From: Felis catus
Lineage: Eukaryota
Direction of reading: 5' to 3'
Assembly (NCBI RefSeq): GCF_018350175.1
Contig: NC_058368.1
Location: forward strand, 102,798,001-102,862,000
Length of the DNA stretch: 64,000 bases
Shown here: piece after piece, positions 49,100 through 61,869 of the stretch
Numbering within the stretch: the first letter of the stretch is position 1
Layout: every line of letters starts with the position of its first letter
Notes under the pieces: model-generated
What the model was told of the DNA's origin: nothing
What the model saw: only the letters and a program-made list of their open reading frames with translations
Database searches by the model: none
Translations under genes and position numbers: made by a program

Positions 49100-49352
49100 G
49101 CTTTCCAATCCAATTCTGGAAGATATTTTGTGAATGAAGAGCCCAGAGTCAAATAATTTTGAGAAAACCCTTGAACGAATAAACACAAACCATTTTCTTT
49201 ACAGTGTAATTGCACACTGTAAATCTAGAGGAGGGGGTATGGTAATCAATGTTTCCTAAACTTCTTTGACTAGGAACCTACCCTTCTTAAAATGATGTTT
49301 ATTAAAACTCCCCCATAAGCAGTGTTCCATGGAACACACTTTGGGAACGCTG
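49100..49352. mobile_element. hAT-Charlie non-autonomous element (MER103/MER112-like)
   Basis: Ends in GTGTTCCATGGAACACACTTTGGGAACGCTG; internal TGTTTCCTAAACTTCTTTGAC. Confidence 0.55.
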
Positions 49353-51212
49353 GAAAACTGGGTCTCAATGAAGGCAAGACTAGGGATCTTTCCTCTGTTT
49401 ACAATCTGGGAAGCAGATACTTTGTCTTGCTCAACTGCTTTATACAGAATAGGTCTTAATTTGCTTTAAAAAAAAAGAAGAAGAAGAGGGAGAGGAATCT
49501 CCAACTCTCATCTGAGTTTGAGCTCAGTTTTTCGACAATATATTGCCTTGCTCCTTGGGAATACATTGTCATCAACACATATCAAGTGAAATCAACTTCC
49601 TCTCAGCCAGCTGTCCCTAAACCTCCCTTTCCCCTTGTGCAATCGTACAATGTCTACTTTTTAGCAAGGGGCTCTGAGAATACGGACTATTTCTCAACAT
49701 GGGAGCCGTTGTCTTTCAATGGGTAGCACTGTGGAGGGCAGACATTCATTGGTCCTTAGAAATATGCAGGAATGTCTTATGAGCAGAATGAAAGATATGA
49801 ACTCTTGATTACTTTCTAGAAACACAACAGGCTCATGTTTGATTGCATTTGGAATCCCTACGGCACTTGTATCCCCTTAAACAGTGTTTCCTTCATTCCT
49901 CCAGTGAATGTTTATCAAATATGCTTTGGTACTTTGGGCTGTACTCTGGGCCCTCTACCTTGAAGATATGCCATTGCTCCTCTTCTGGAAGGGCCTCGAT
50001 GTGGTGAGTGACATCAGTCACACAAATAGATCATTATAACCCAGTGTGGGTTGTACAGCGGTGTTTTACACAGGGAGGTAGGCAGCTCGTTGGCAGTTTC
50101 ATTTTTATTAATCTTGCTGCTCAGAAGGCATTTTCAGTTCTCAAGCCTTGGGACAGGGTGTCCTATCTTTCTCCCGTCCACATAGCATGGATTGAATTGG
50201 AATACAGTCAGCACTGACAAGATTCTTACTGGGAAGTTCACCTACACCTACACCTGTGTTCCATTCTAGCCTTGTGATCGGAATAGCTACCCAGTTCTCT
50301 TATCTTGTTTTCCTTCCTTTGTTGGGGAGAAATCGTACAGATATAAACCAGATGAATGCCACAGTGTGGAACGATGGCATCGAGGGTGAGAGAAACAAAA
50401 TACCGTTGTGGCCACCTGCCAAAATGGCCTTCTGTGATGTGACCGTCAAAGCCGGACACTGTCACACAAGGTCTCTGGCGCATCTGGAATCGACTCCTTT
50501 TGTGATGCGCGTGTTTTCTATGCAAGAGAAGTTCTAGATTTAGGGAAGTTGGAGGGAGAAATTTTTAATCTCCTCACGAAAAATGACTCACAGTGAAGAG
50601 GTCCTTTACCCCAGCTACGGTCACAGGGAACATTCACAAATGGTCAGTGAATCCACTTATTGACTTTCATGACGTTAGCAGTCAAGTCACGGAAGGTTCT
50701 TTAGCTCCCAACAGAAATTATCCTTGAAAGGTAGTTCAGAGCAAAAACCCCTAACTGGCCAATAAAGCCCCAGTGATTTTTGCTTCACATTTGGGGAGTA
50801 ATTTCTTATGTCAATCACAGAAATTTAGCTTTCAATCTAATGCCAGATAAAAATGTTAATATTAAAGTGATAGCCAGTAAAAGCAATTTAGTTTTATGTT
50901 GCATAATTTTTCCTTTGACAAAAACTACATTTCTCCTAATTAGTATCTCTGCAAAATTATAAGCCTTGTGCAGGCTTCGATACATAGAGTTCTATTTGCA
51001 CACACATTCATATGTACTCTTACCCCTACTCACACAGTCCCAAAGTGGATTTGTGTGTCCACAACTACTCACATACTGTTCCCAAAGGCTTTTTTTTATG
51101 AAAAGAAGTGGGTCCTAGTTGATCGTATTGAGCAGGGAAAGGCTAAGTGGGTGATTTGGGTTTTGGCTGTTGAGAAGGGCCTATAGCTATATTTTAAAGG
51201 TAACTTAGTTCA

Positions 51213-51437
51213 GGGGCGCCTGGGTGGCGCAGTCGGTTAAGCGTCCGACTTCAGCCAGGTCACGATCTCGCGGTCCGTGAGTTCGAGCCCCGCGTCGGGC
51301 TCTGGGCTGATGGCTCAGAGCCTGGAGCCTGTTTCCGATTCTGTGTCTCCCTCTCTCTCTGCCCCTCGCCCGTTCATGCTCTGTCTCTCTCTGTCCCAAA
51401 AAAATAAATAAACGTTGAAAAAAATTAAAAAAAAAAA
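51213..51437 (+). mobile_element. Young felid CanSINE
   Basis: TSD TAAAGGTAACTTAGTTCA. Confidence 0.95.
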
Positions 51438-51814
51438 TAAAGGTAACTTAGTTCAAAAGGAATTAAACTTATTTTAACTTTCCAGTGGGGGTACAACAGG
51501 ATCTTTAATGATAGGGTGACTCTTGGGGGACTGGTGTTCCACGGAAGGGATAGCCTTATAATAAATGGAAATGGTGGTTAGAATATTCTGGGTTTACTCC
51601 ATCGAACAAGTCATTTATTACCTATCACTCCCGAGACAGATATAATTTCACCCATCCTTGTATCTCATCCTTTCACCCTGCAGATTCTGTACTCGCTGTT
51701 CTGTTTCTCTTTTTAGCCACAAATGGGCTTAAACCACCTTATTTTCTTGTTGTTCGCTTCTTTTTTTCAAACGATTCGCATTTTGAGTAGGTCAATAATA
51801 ACAACGGAAAATCG

Positions 51815-52030
51815 TAATCATAATACTGGGGGTGGGGATAAAGTACAGTACTTTGACCCGCACTATCTTGTAACTGAGCTTCTCTAACAGCTTTGCAAGG
51901 AAAGCAGGGAAATTAGCAAGATCCCTGCTGGGCAAACGAAGAAACCAAAGCTTGGCGACCCTCAGTGACTTTCCTAAGGTCTCACCACCAGGACTGAGAA
52001 TTGCTCAGTCTTAATCCTTGCAGCCATGTT
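51815..52030 (-). mobile_element. MIR
   Basis: CAAACGAAGAAACCAAAGCT...AGTGACTTTCCTAAGGTCTCAC. Confidence 0.55.
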
Positions 52031-52647
52031 GCAGATGCTCTTTCCACCATCTCTCATCGTTTTCACTGGGTACCCGGCACGCAACCGGGCGGCCTACGTG
52101 ATTGGTATGTGTGGAGTATTCCGGCGAACTTACTTAAAAGCAATGGGATAATCAGTCAGGACTGACCCAAATAGACATGGCTCTCTACCCACAGGAACAG
52201 CAGGTTACAACATGGGCAGGGAGCCCAGAATGTGTCTCCTCTCAGGAAGACGGACAGGAATCTCTCTGGAGACCGGCCAGGAGGCCAGAAGGTCTCCCAG
52301 AGGGTCAAGAAGGCTGCCAGGAGGAATCTATAATGCTTCCATTTTAGGTTTAAAAGACATTATAGTCACAGCAGGCATATCTTGTACTCTACACAATGTC
52401 GACAGAAATGCACATATATCGGCTTCCATGTAGATAGACGGTATCTCGCTGTGAAGGGTGAATCTACAGGCGGCTTTCTAGTTTTAACTTTCGGTCAACC
52501 CGATCAACGTAAACCACTCAGCACTGTATGTGGGATGACAGACACTTCCAGATCTTTGCTGATTGCACTAGCCGGGTAATTAATTTGGGCATAAGTCATG
52601 GTTGGACTGTTCTGCCACTGCATGCTTAGATTTTCCTCATGGCTGAC

Positions 52648-53371
52648 TATGGCAGAGGCTGCTAACATCTACCCTTCCTTCCTCCTTCAGTCATAGAACC
52701 CTGGTTTTATAGAGGACAGCTTGGGCACCATTAAAAAACCATCTTCCACACTCCACCTTGCAACTAGGAGTGGCTGTAGGGGTATGTTTTGGTCAACAAA
52801 AGGTTAGCGGAAGTATTCCGCGGGGCCGTAGGGGTCTTTCCTTAAAAGGCAGTGGTTTGACTTGCCTTCTTGATACTTGGAATGTGGGTATGATGGTTGG
52901 AGCTGTAGAACGTCTCTTGAGGGGCACCTGGGGGGCTCAGGCGGTGAAGTGTCGACGTCAGCTCAGGTCACGATCTGCGGGTTCTTGGCTTTGAGCCCCT
53001 GTCAGCTCAGAGACTGGAGCTTGCTTCAGATTCTGTGTCTGAAGAATCTCTCTGTCCATCTCTCTGTGTCCCTCCCCCCCCCCCCCCCCCACTCTCCCTC
53101 TCTCTCTCTCTCTCTCTCAAAAATAAAGTAAACATTAAAAAAAATTTAGAACCTCTCTTGGAGGCCTGAGGACAAAGGCAACATCCCAGGAATTGGTGAG
53201 TGAAGACCAGAAAAGAGCCTGAGTCATTCTCAGCTCTGAGGAGCTGCTGTGGCAGCCATGAACTATGACCTCCAGACTTATTTTATGTGTTAGAGACATA
53301 AGCTTCTACCTTGTTGAAGCCACGATTCTTGAATGTTCCCATTACAGTGGGACCTTATGTTGAGTGATACA
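52648..53371 (+). mobile_element. MLT1 (J-type) MaLR LTR split by a SINE
   Basis: T.TGGCAGAGGCTGCTA start, CCTTGCAACTAGG, TGGAATGTGG.TATGATGGTTGGAGCT, end TGATACA. Confidence 0.75.
52921..53146 (+). mobile_element. CanSINE
   Basis: TSD TAGAAC(G/C)TCTCTTG. Confidence 0.9.
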
Positions 53372-53848
53372 TGGATGGACACTAGGTGACAGATCTGAGA
53401 AGTAGTTAAAAAAAAAAAAAAGGAGGAAAAAAGATTTGAAGAAAAATTAAGGGGGAGGAAATAATTTGAAGAAGTCTAATAACCAAAGAGAATAAGCAAA
53501 TTGTGTAATTGGACCATGTTTAATTCTGCTGTTTTCCAATACTTTCTACTGTTACCCTTTGCCCTATGGTTTAAACACCACGACCCTGACGGCAGGAATG
53601 ATACAGAGAATTAGGTGTCAAATTACCAGCTTCTAAAGGTTTATGTAGACTTTTAAGAGCCTACAGAGAGACAATAATATATATTTAAAAATTACTCAAC
53701 TTTTTATTATTCAACAGCAGGCATAGTACTATAGTAAACCCCAACTATTCATCACTCACCCCCCAAACCACCAGTCCATGGGTAACCTTGTTCCATCCAG
53801 CACTCCATCTTCTCCTTTCTCATTACTTTGAAAAAAAAAAAAACTGTA

Positions 53849-54060
53849 GGGGCACCTGGGTGGCTCAGTCGGTTGAGTGCCCGGCTTCAGCTCGGGTCAT
53901 GATCTCCCGGTTCGTAAGTTTGAGCCCCGCGTCGGGCTCTGTGCTGACAGCTCAGAGCCGGGAGCCTGATTCCGATTCTGTGTCTCCTCCTCTCTCTGCC
54001 CCTCCCCTGCTCATGCTCTCTCTCTCAATAATAAATAAATGTAAAAAAAAAAATGAAAAA
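53849..54060 (+). mobile_element. CanSINE
   Basis: Full body; partial TSD CTGTA. Confidence 0.93.
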
Positions 54061-54539
54061 CACCTGTAAATTTTGGAATAATTTCACATTTTCAGAAAAC
54101 TTGCAAAGATAGTACAGAGCATTTCCACATATCTTCACTCAGTTCTCCCTGTTGTTAAAAATCTTACATTTCCATAGTATACTTGTCAAAATGAAGAATT
54201 AATATTGATATATAACTATTAGTTAAATTTAGACTTCATTCTGATTTCACCAGTTCTTTTCTACCAGTTTTCTTTCTCTGTTCCAGATTCCAGTCCAAGA
54301 CACCATATTGCATTTAGCCCTGTGTTATTTTGAAGCATATCATAGATATTAAATATTTTCACTGGTAAATGCTCTAGAACACATCCCTAAAAGACAAAGA
54401 CTCTTTAATGCAACTATAATGTTATCATTACACCCACAAAATATCGGTTCCTTAATATCACCTGCATCTAATCAAACACTTTCTTGTATGTATCATGTCC
54501 TTTTTTTTTACGCTCTTTTTTTCAAATCCTAGATCTAAA

Positions 54540-54754
54540 ATTTTTTTTTTTCAACGTTTATTTATTTTTGGGACAGAGAGAGACAGAGCATGAACGGGGG
54601 AGGGGCAGAGAGAGAGGGAGACACAGAATCGGAAACAGGCTCCAGGCTCTGAGCCATCAGCCCAGAGCCTGACGCGGGGCTCGAACTCACAGACCACGAG
54701 ATCGTGACCTGGCTGAAGTCGGACGCTTAACCGACTGTGCCACCCAGGCGCCCC
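54540..54754 (-). mobile_element. Young felid CanSINE
   Basis: TSD TCAAATCCTAGATCTAAA. Confidence 0.95.
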
Positions 54755-54834
54755 TCAAATCCTAGATCTAAACATGACCCAGATATTATGATTGGCTAAT
54801 ATGACTTTAAATCTCTTTTGTTCTACAGATTTCT

Positions 54835-54944
54835 CTCCTCCTCCTCCTCCTCCTCCTCCTCCTCCTCCTCCTCCTTCCCCTCCTCCTCCTCCTCCTCCAC
54901 CTTCTTCTTCTTCTTCTTCTTCTTCTTCTTCTTCTTCTTCTTCT

Positions 54945-54976
<32 letters not shown>
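54835..54976. repeat. Compound (CCT)n(CTT)n(CT)n microsatellite
   Basis: Direct observation. Confidence 0.95.
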
Positions 54977-54980
<4 letters not shown>

Positions 54981-55136
54981 CTGTCTCTCTTTCTTTGCAA
55001 TTCGTTTGTTGAGAAAACTGGGTTGTTTGTCTTTTAGTTCCACCATCTGGATTTTGTTGATTCCACCCTCAAGGTGAGGTTTTCCATGTTTCTCTATCCT
55101 CCGCCTCCTGTAAACTGGCTCTAGCGCTTGATCAAA

Positions 55137-55170
55137 TTCATTCATTCATTCATTCATTCATTCATTCATT
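55137..55170. repeat. (TTCA)n microsatellite
   Basis: Direct observation. Confidence 0.9.
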
Positions 55171-55545
55171 GAATTAGTTTTGGCAAGAATGTTTTATAGA
55201 TGGTGGTGGTGTTTTCTCCACCAACAGGCACACATTCTCTGGATATTTCTCTTTTTGTGATATTTGTGGAGGTTGATGTCTTTTGTTACAGAGATTACAA
55301 ACTGATGACGTTGTCATTCTAACGTTTCTTATTGATTATAAGCTGAAATATACTTCCCTCTTATTATTTGGTTATTTTGTCACACATCACATGAGAAAGC
55401 AAGACAAATACTGATTTTCTACCTTTATTTGCCACTTTAAAACATAGTGAGTTGATCTCTTAGCATTCTTTAATGTTGACCAGTGAACTTAAAGTTCAAG
55501 GTCTGGGAGAACAAGTGTTTCTTAGGTTAAAGAGCTGAATGCTTA

Positions 55546-55748
55546 GGGGTGCCTGGGTGGCTCAGTCAGTTAAGTGCCTGACTCTTATTTTCAGTCATGA
55601 TCTCACATGTCGTGGGTCTGGGCTCCCTGTCAGGCTCTATGCTGACTGTGTGCAGCCTGTGTGGGATTCTCTCTTTCTCCCTCTCTCTGTCTGCCCTTCC
55701 CCTGCTTGCTCTCTTTCTCTCCCAAAATAAATAAATTCATTAAAAAAA
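55546..55748 (+). mobile_element. CanSINE, older subfamily
   Basis: TSD AGCTGAATGCTTA. Confidence 0.9.
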
Positions 55749-56032
55749 AAGCTGAATGCTTAAAACAGAGTATTTTTTTCAGTATTTCTACACTTTTAAG
55801 CTTGAGAGCCCAAACAACGTATATATAAATAAAACAAGTAACAATAAAAAATAATGTATAATATATATAAAAATATATATTATGTAAATTCAATATAGTA
55901 CCATGAGACATCGTGCAGGGAAAATGAAACAGTAGCTTTCTTTCCCCTAATTTAACAGAAAGTGGGGGAGCATTAGAGAACAGAGCAGAGCCTGGGTACT
56001 GATAGGATCCTGAGAAGAGGTGCCAAAGGTCC

Positions 56033-56034
<2 letters not shown>

Positions 56035-56078
<44 letters not shown>
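56035..56078. repeat. (GT)n microsatellite
   Basis: Perfect dinucleotide run. Confidence 0.95.
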
Positions 56079-56080
<2 letters not shown>

Positions 56081-56774
56081 GAAACATGTAGGTAAATTTG
56101 GAGGAATCTGAGAAGGGCAGTCTTTGTGCCTCAGCTCTCAAAGGGTAGCTGGAAGAGTTTTAACTTCTCAGAGAATCCTCAGCACCAGTCTGGTCCTGGG
56201 GAAGCTGGCATTTGTTGAGGCTTGGCAAGGGGGTGGGCACGTAGGCACGAAGTTCCCAGGGGCAGCCCCTTCTAATCCTATGGCCCCAGAGAAGTGCAGG
56301 GAGGGTACTGGAACCCGCAGGCATTGACAGGACTGGGCTCTGGGGCTTGAGGAGGCCTCACGGTCAGTTGTGAACATCAGAGAGCAGGTGAGTGCACTGG
56401 CCAACTCACATCCAGGTGGGCAACCTACGCCCGACAGGGTCCCTGACACTGAAATTAGACTAGAGATGGCCATAGGGAGAGCCTAGAACTGGATTTGACC
56501 AGCTATTACCCAGAAGAGATTAAGGTTTTTTTTCTTGGTACAGTTGAAATAAATGTAGCTTGGGGCTTCTCACAAATTAGCAGAAAAACTTCATCTCTCC
56601 AGTATAAGGCTCCATTTTAGTAAACTGATTTTTGTCCCAGAGACACGGAGAAGGTAAGATAACTGTCCTTTGAGGGCTGTAAATTTAAATCTCTCTATAC
56701 AGACATAAGTGGTTTGATGTTTGAAAGGAAAGGAATCAGAGAGGCTGCTTGAGTTAATAGTAGAAGGCTGTTGA

Positions 56775-56912
56775 TGAGCTAGGAAGCTGGCCTTCATCGG
56801 TCACTGAATTTGCTAGTGGCTGGATTTTGTAATTGTCAGCCTCCAAAAATGTGAGAAATGAATGTTTTTTTTTTAAGTTTGTTTGTTTATTTGAGAACAT
56901 AAGCAGGGGAAG

Positions 56913-56956
<44 letters not shown>

Positions 56957-57118
56957 CCCAAGCAGGCTCTGAGCTGACAGTGCAGAGCCCAACTCATCAC
57001 CTGAGCCATAATCCAGAGTCACTGGCTTAACTGATTGAGCCACCAGATGCCCCTGAATGTGTCTTTTTTTAAGTCATCCAGTCTGTGGCATTTTTGCTCT
57101 ATTAGCTCAAAGGGACAC
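56775..57118 (+). mobile_element. MLT1 LTR 3' fragment split by a SINE
   Basis: CAGCCTCCAAAAATGTGAGAAAT...TTTAAGTCATCCAGTCTGTGGCATTTT. Confidence 0.65.
56868..57053 (-). mobile_element. CanSINE, internally deleted
   Basis: Body; TSD TGAATGT. Confidence 0.85.
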
Positions 57119-57399
57119 GATTATTTGCAAGATTCACGTTTGTGGATTAGCCTTTTGGTCTCCAGGGTCTATCTCTCCATTTGTCTAACGAAACAAATTT
57201 GAACTAAGCACTAGAGAGGCTGTATCATGATTCTGTAAGTCTAAGTTGCCTGCCATATTAAGTAAAGTAGCCTAAGGGGGTTCTTTCTTCCATAGATAGC
57301 TACAGTTTTGCCCATTTTGTATTTAGTAAAACGGAGCCTTACCCCCAGGATGGCAGATCGCTACTGTTGCCTACCTTGAGTTTGAGGAACTTTTCTTTT

Positions 57400-57810
57400 T
57401 CCCTTCACTCCAACCCCAGAGTTTTTACTGCACTTGCCACTCCTAGTTCCTGGACTATCTGGCCATGGGAATGGTCATATGTGTCATGTTAACCAATAAG
57501 AATCTCTCTTGAGATTTTTTTTTTTTTTACAACCGGAAGAAAGAGCACTTTTGTCTCTAATGACAGATCTGGGAAGATGTGAGGTACTAGTAGTTACGAG
57601 TTCAGCCTTGAAGAAAACTTTGGCATACAGAGAACCTTAGGAAAGAGCAACACAGAGAATCCTAGTTTATCGGAGTCCTACTTCCTTTGGCTTTAGGCTT
57701 TATACCACTTTTACTGAGATTGGGATAGGCCAACAACAAAGACCTCTAATGGCATAAAGTAAATGAAACTTATTTTTGTTTGTAACCAAAAGAGCACCAA
57801 TTAAACCAGT
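57400..57810 (+). mobile_element. Old MLT1 (K/L-type) LTR, tentative
   Basis: GGAATGGTCATATG...CCAATAAGA and TTGTAACCAAAAGAG end motif. Confidence 0.4.
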
Positions 57811-58295
57811 TAATGGAATTCAAGCCAAAGTCAATCACACATGGGCTGAAAACTGCGGAGGCCTGTGAAGTGGCTTAGCATAACTTTCGGAATATTGGCC
57901 CCACTTTCACTGCGGAAAAATACATTCCAGATAAATGGAAGAGGTGGGCCAATTTAGTTCAAGTTCTTCGCACAAACATTTTAAGCTGGTGTTCTGTTTA
58001 CCCATGAAATCCACTGTGTACCCCACTCCTCAAAGTGTCACGTCTTAGAAAGACTGAAGTACAGGACATTCTTTACATATCGTTTTAATAATCCCCCAGC
58101 CTGAAGGTAATCCATGTATATATTTTCTGGGCGACTACAAAAAAATACAACAAATACAACCAAGATCAGTAATTCTTAAAGGTACTATCTCAGTCACTAT
58201 AAACCTTTTTCAAAGACAGAATTTTGGTATAAGTGGGTCTGAAAACTCCACGGCTGGTACAAAATGGATCCTGATTAAGGTTCATTTTACTGGAT

Positions 58296-58518
58296 GGGGC
58301 ACCTGGGTGGCTCAGTTGGTTAAGCATCTGACTTTGGTTCAGGTCATGATCTCACGGGCTCATGAGTTCGAGCCCCTCGTTGGGTGAGCTCAAGCCCCAT
58401 TTCGGGTGAACCCTGTTTCTCTCTCCCTCTCTTTCTCTCTCTTTGTCCCTCCTGGGATTCTCTCTGCCCCTTTGTCACTTGCGCCCCCCACCTCTCTCTC
58501 TCCCAAGAAAAAAAAAAA
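58296..58518 (+). mobile_element. Variant CanSINE
   Basis: Normal head, then a duplicated GAG.TC.AGCCCC...GGGTGA segment; TSD ATTTTACTGGAT. Confidence 0.85.
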
Positions 58519-59412
58519 AAGATTTATTTTACTGGATTTTGTTTCAAAGTCCGAGAGTGTAGAACAGTTGTTTAGGTAATGAGGGGCGGTCATGAGGCTA
58601 TATTAATATATAACTATGCTACAATCCAAAAAAAGGTCAATCTCTAAATACCTATCCATGTCTCCAGTTTTACCCTGTTTTAAACTATCTGTGGTCAGTT
58701 TGGCTTCCTCCTTCCAAAAAGAGATGTCACACTTTGAACTGAAAATATTTTCTGGTCATGATGAGGCTTAAACGTGCAATTTCTTTCTATATTCCCCTCT
58801 GCCTATTTCTCTCACACCTACTCATATCCTTCTGGTTGTAATTTCAGCAGCCCTACATTCCCAACATCAAACGGAGGTTAAGTACCATGTTATTTAAACA
58901 AGATGAGTGTATTTGATAATGACTGAGTAGAAAAAGCGGAGGAGGAATACAGCAGAGAAGAGCGGCAACTCCCAACGGGAGGACAAGAGGAGAAATGTCT
59001 CAGCAACGCCACATTCATCGGTCTCCTCAGTAAAAATACTGCTCTCATAACGTGATAATTCATCTCCCTAAATGTTTATGTTACCCACTTTGGAAAACAG
59101 CTCTGTCTAGTATATAATTTCACCCTTTTATTATGACATTTGAGAAAGTAGCCAAGACTGGTGAGGTTTAATTACGCCCATCGAGTTATTTTGGATGTTA
59201 GTTTCTACAAGTCATTCACCAATGGGCAGGTGGCAGAAGCATGTTATTCCAGAATGACCAGGCTGAGCTAGGGCTAGAGAAAAATGCTGACTCCCTTCTG
59301 CGATGTTTGTGGTGTTGGGAGTACATATCTCCTGTGTTTGCTTCGGTGATCTCATTGTAGGATTTTAGAAGAACCGGCAGCTGATTTGTTTTCTGTTTCT
59401 ATGAATAATCTT

Positions 59413-59638
59413 TTTAAAAATTTTTTTTTCAACGTTTATTTATTTATTTTTTTGGGACAGAGAGAGACAGAGCATGAACGGGGGAGGGGCAGAGAGAGAG
59501 GGAGACACAGAATCGGAAACAGGCTCCAAGCTCTGAGCCATTAGCCCAGAGCCTGATGCGGGGCTCGAACTCATGGACCGCGAGATCGTGACCTGGCTGA
59601 AGTCGGACGCTTAACCGACTGCGCCACCCAGGCGCCCC
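59413..59638 (-). mobile_element. Young felid CanSINE
   Basis: TSD TCTATGAATAATCTT. Confidence 0.95.
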
Positions 59639-60018
59639 TCTATGAATAATCTTAAAAGATGTGACTCAAGTGTTTTCAATTAGAGATAATAAAATGATGG
59701 ACAATTGTCCTGAATTCACCGTTTGTTCTAGCTACTTTCCTCAAGGTACTATCCTGAACTTGATCTTGAAATGTTAATGCATTCTGATTGCATGATTTTG
59801 TCCGAATGTGGCAGACGAAGAATGGAATTTGCACTCCGTGAGAATCTGTACACTACAGTGTTCTTAGCTTTGGTAATGATATACCCCTGGACTGCGTGTG
59901 TGTTGAGAACAGACTACATGTGGACAGCTCTGGTCACTGGCGTAAACCTTTAATTACTGCTTAAATATAGACAAGTATTTTTTTTAAGGACACACTGTGG
60001 GTAAAGACTAAATCAAGC

Positions 60019-60187
60019 ATATATATATATATATACACTTGTATATATATATATATATACATACACACACACATATATATACACATATACATATATGTAT
60101 ATACATATACATATATGTATATACATATACATATATGTATATACATATACATATATACATATATATATACACACACATATATATATG

Positions 60188-60224
<37 letters not shown>

Positions 60225-60242
60225 ACACACACATATATATAT
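60019..60242. repeat. Compound (TA)n/(CA)n/(TATACA)n microsatellite
   Basis: Direct observation. Confidence 0.95.
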
Positions 60243-60379
60243 GCTTGTACTTATCTATCTCCTGACAACAAAACACTGAAAAACTTACAGAAGTAAAAAT
60301 GTTAGTATTCTTACGACAGTATTAAATCACAATGCATAACATTAAATAATTTGATTTAGTTAGGATATTTATGATATAC

Positions 60380-60870
60380 TGAATAGGATGTGAAAGTTCT
60401 GAGATTTTGCCGTAATAACAAGTTAGCCCGCCAAGGACATGGATTCTAACCAAAAACAAGAGACTTCTGGGTCAGAGACAAAGCTATTATTATTCACAGT
60501 AACAGCAGTAGCCAGACTGAGTATTTGCCCCAGTTTCTCAGGATCTGATTCCTACTAAGCTATACTGTGAAGGACAGGTGATGCCTGCACTTACAGTAGG
60601 TTACGTTACAGGAGAGGAACCCTGAGTTTAGGGAACAAGAACTATTTGTAATGGTCAGTGAGAATGCCTAAACTTTGCCGTGGAGAGAGACAGCATCTTT
60701 ATTTTATTGGACAATAAACAAATAGGCCTTAATTTCTTTGGAGGTCAGGTATTTTCCAAGGCTTTTTGCTCTACAAACATCCTTGAAAATACAGTCCGAA
60801 AACAGGCTGTCAGTGGCTCTCCTTCTAAGATGTGTCAAAACAGGGGTGAACCAAGGAGAAGTGTCTTACA
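60380..60870 (-). mobile_element. LTR40-type ERVL solo LTR
   Basis: GGGTCAGAGACAAAG, CAGCAGTAGCCAGA, GTTACAGGAGAGGAACCCTGAG and ACAAACATCCTTGAAAA match recalled LTR40 in reverse. Confidence 0.8.
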
Positions 60871-61104
60871 ATGGATGCAGCATCCAGAAATGTAAATTTC
60901 TTTTTTTGTCTCTGTAATTAAACTGAACTTAGCTTTGGAATCTCCTTTTTTTTTTTTTTTTAATGTGGAAAACTTCTTAAGATAAATTCGGTTACTTCTA
61001 GCTTAAGATATATTTCCATTTATAAATTTCAGTGCATTTGAGATTTTCATACTGCTTTTCTGCATGCCTCTCAGGAATAAAATCGTGGCCAACACGAAAA
61101 ATTA

Positions 61105-61325
61105 TACTCATACTTACCACATAATGTTCTAAGATGCTCCTGTAAGTTAAGTCATTTAATCCCATACGTACGCGATATTCACAGTCTCTAATTTACGTGT
61201 GCACATGAAGGCACAGGGAAGTCACGGTGTTCCAAATCACACAACTAGGAAGAGGCACAGCTGGTATTCCAACCATGAGGTCTCCAGAGTAGGTGCTCCT
61301 GACCTGTAGGAACCATATCACCTCC
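61105..61325 (-). mobile_element. MIR
   Basis: TCATTTAATCC...AAGGCACAGGGAAGTCACG...CCAAATCACACAACTAG. Confidence 0.65.
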
Positions 61326-61653
61326 CTGCTTTTGAAGACCTCTGGGCAATCTGTGCCCCCAGAGACTGACACACCGTCTGCACCTCTCATCCAGGGTCAG
61401 TCCAGTTCCCTCTGGCTTCCGCTGTTGTATCTTGTCCTACAGCCTAGCCCCTGGCTTTGTCAGCTCAACTGCCCGTTCCTTGTGAGACTTTCTGTCAACT
61501 CCTACCTACTTCAGAACTTCTCTCCGGGAACTCAGAGCTCCCTGATGGTGTGGAGAGGTAGTTCTGTGAAATCTTCCTTGAATCCATGCCTCCAAAGTGC
61601 CCCTCAGTGATGGCTTTTCCACTACTCAGGGTTTCATGTCAAAACATGGTTTA

Positions 61654-61860
61654 GGGACGCCTGGGGGGGGGGCCCAGTTGGTTAAGTGTCCCACTTCGGC
61701 TCAGGTCATGGTCTCATGGTTTATGGGTTCGAGTCCCTCATTGGGCTCTGTGGCAACAGGGCAGAGCCTGCTTGGGGTTCTCTTTTTCTCCCTCTCTCTC
61801 TGCCCCTTCCCCATTCTTTCTTTCCCTCTCAAAATCAATAAATTAATCAATTAAAAAAAA
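61654..61860 (+). mobile_element. CanSINE, older subfamily
   Basis: TSD CATGGTTTA. Confidence 0.9.
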
Positions 61861-61869
61861 ACCCATGGT

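Larger units (their letters stand above)
53690..55480 (-). mobile_element. Old L1 (L1MC-type) 3' fragments with nested SINEs and microsatellites
   Basis: TTGCAAAGATAGTACAGAG, CACCATATTGCATTTAG, GCTTGATCAAATTCA...TTTTGGCAAGAAT motifs. Confidence 0.65.

Noticed and set aside
49198..49337. Hairpin TTTACAGTGT-AATTGC-ACACTGTAAA and palindrome GTGTTCCATGGAACAC
   Set aside because: Both lie in a hAT-type element; too short for a miRNA precursor
50341..50385. Possible 45-bp exon (ACAG|ATATAAACC...ATCGAGG|GTGAGA)
   Set aside because: Pyrimidine tract is separated from the AG by a purine-rich stretch with other AGs; peptide unrecognised; no partner exons
54755..55145. Poly-Pro/Ser/Arg/Glu/Gly ORFs
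   Set aside because: Translations of the (CCT)n(CTT)n(CT)n microsatellite
59961..60296. Tyr/Ile/Cys/His-rich ORFs
   Set aside because: Translations of a (TA)/(CA) compound microsatellite
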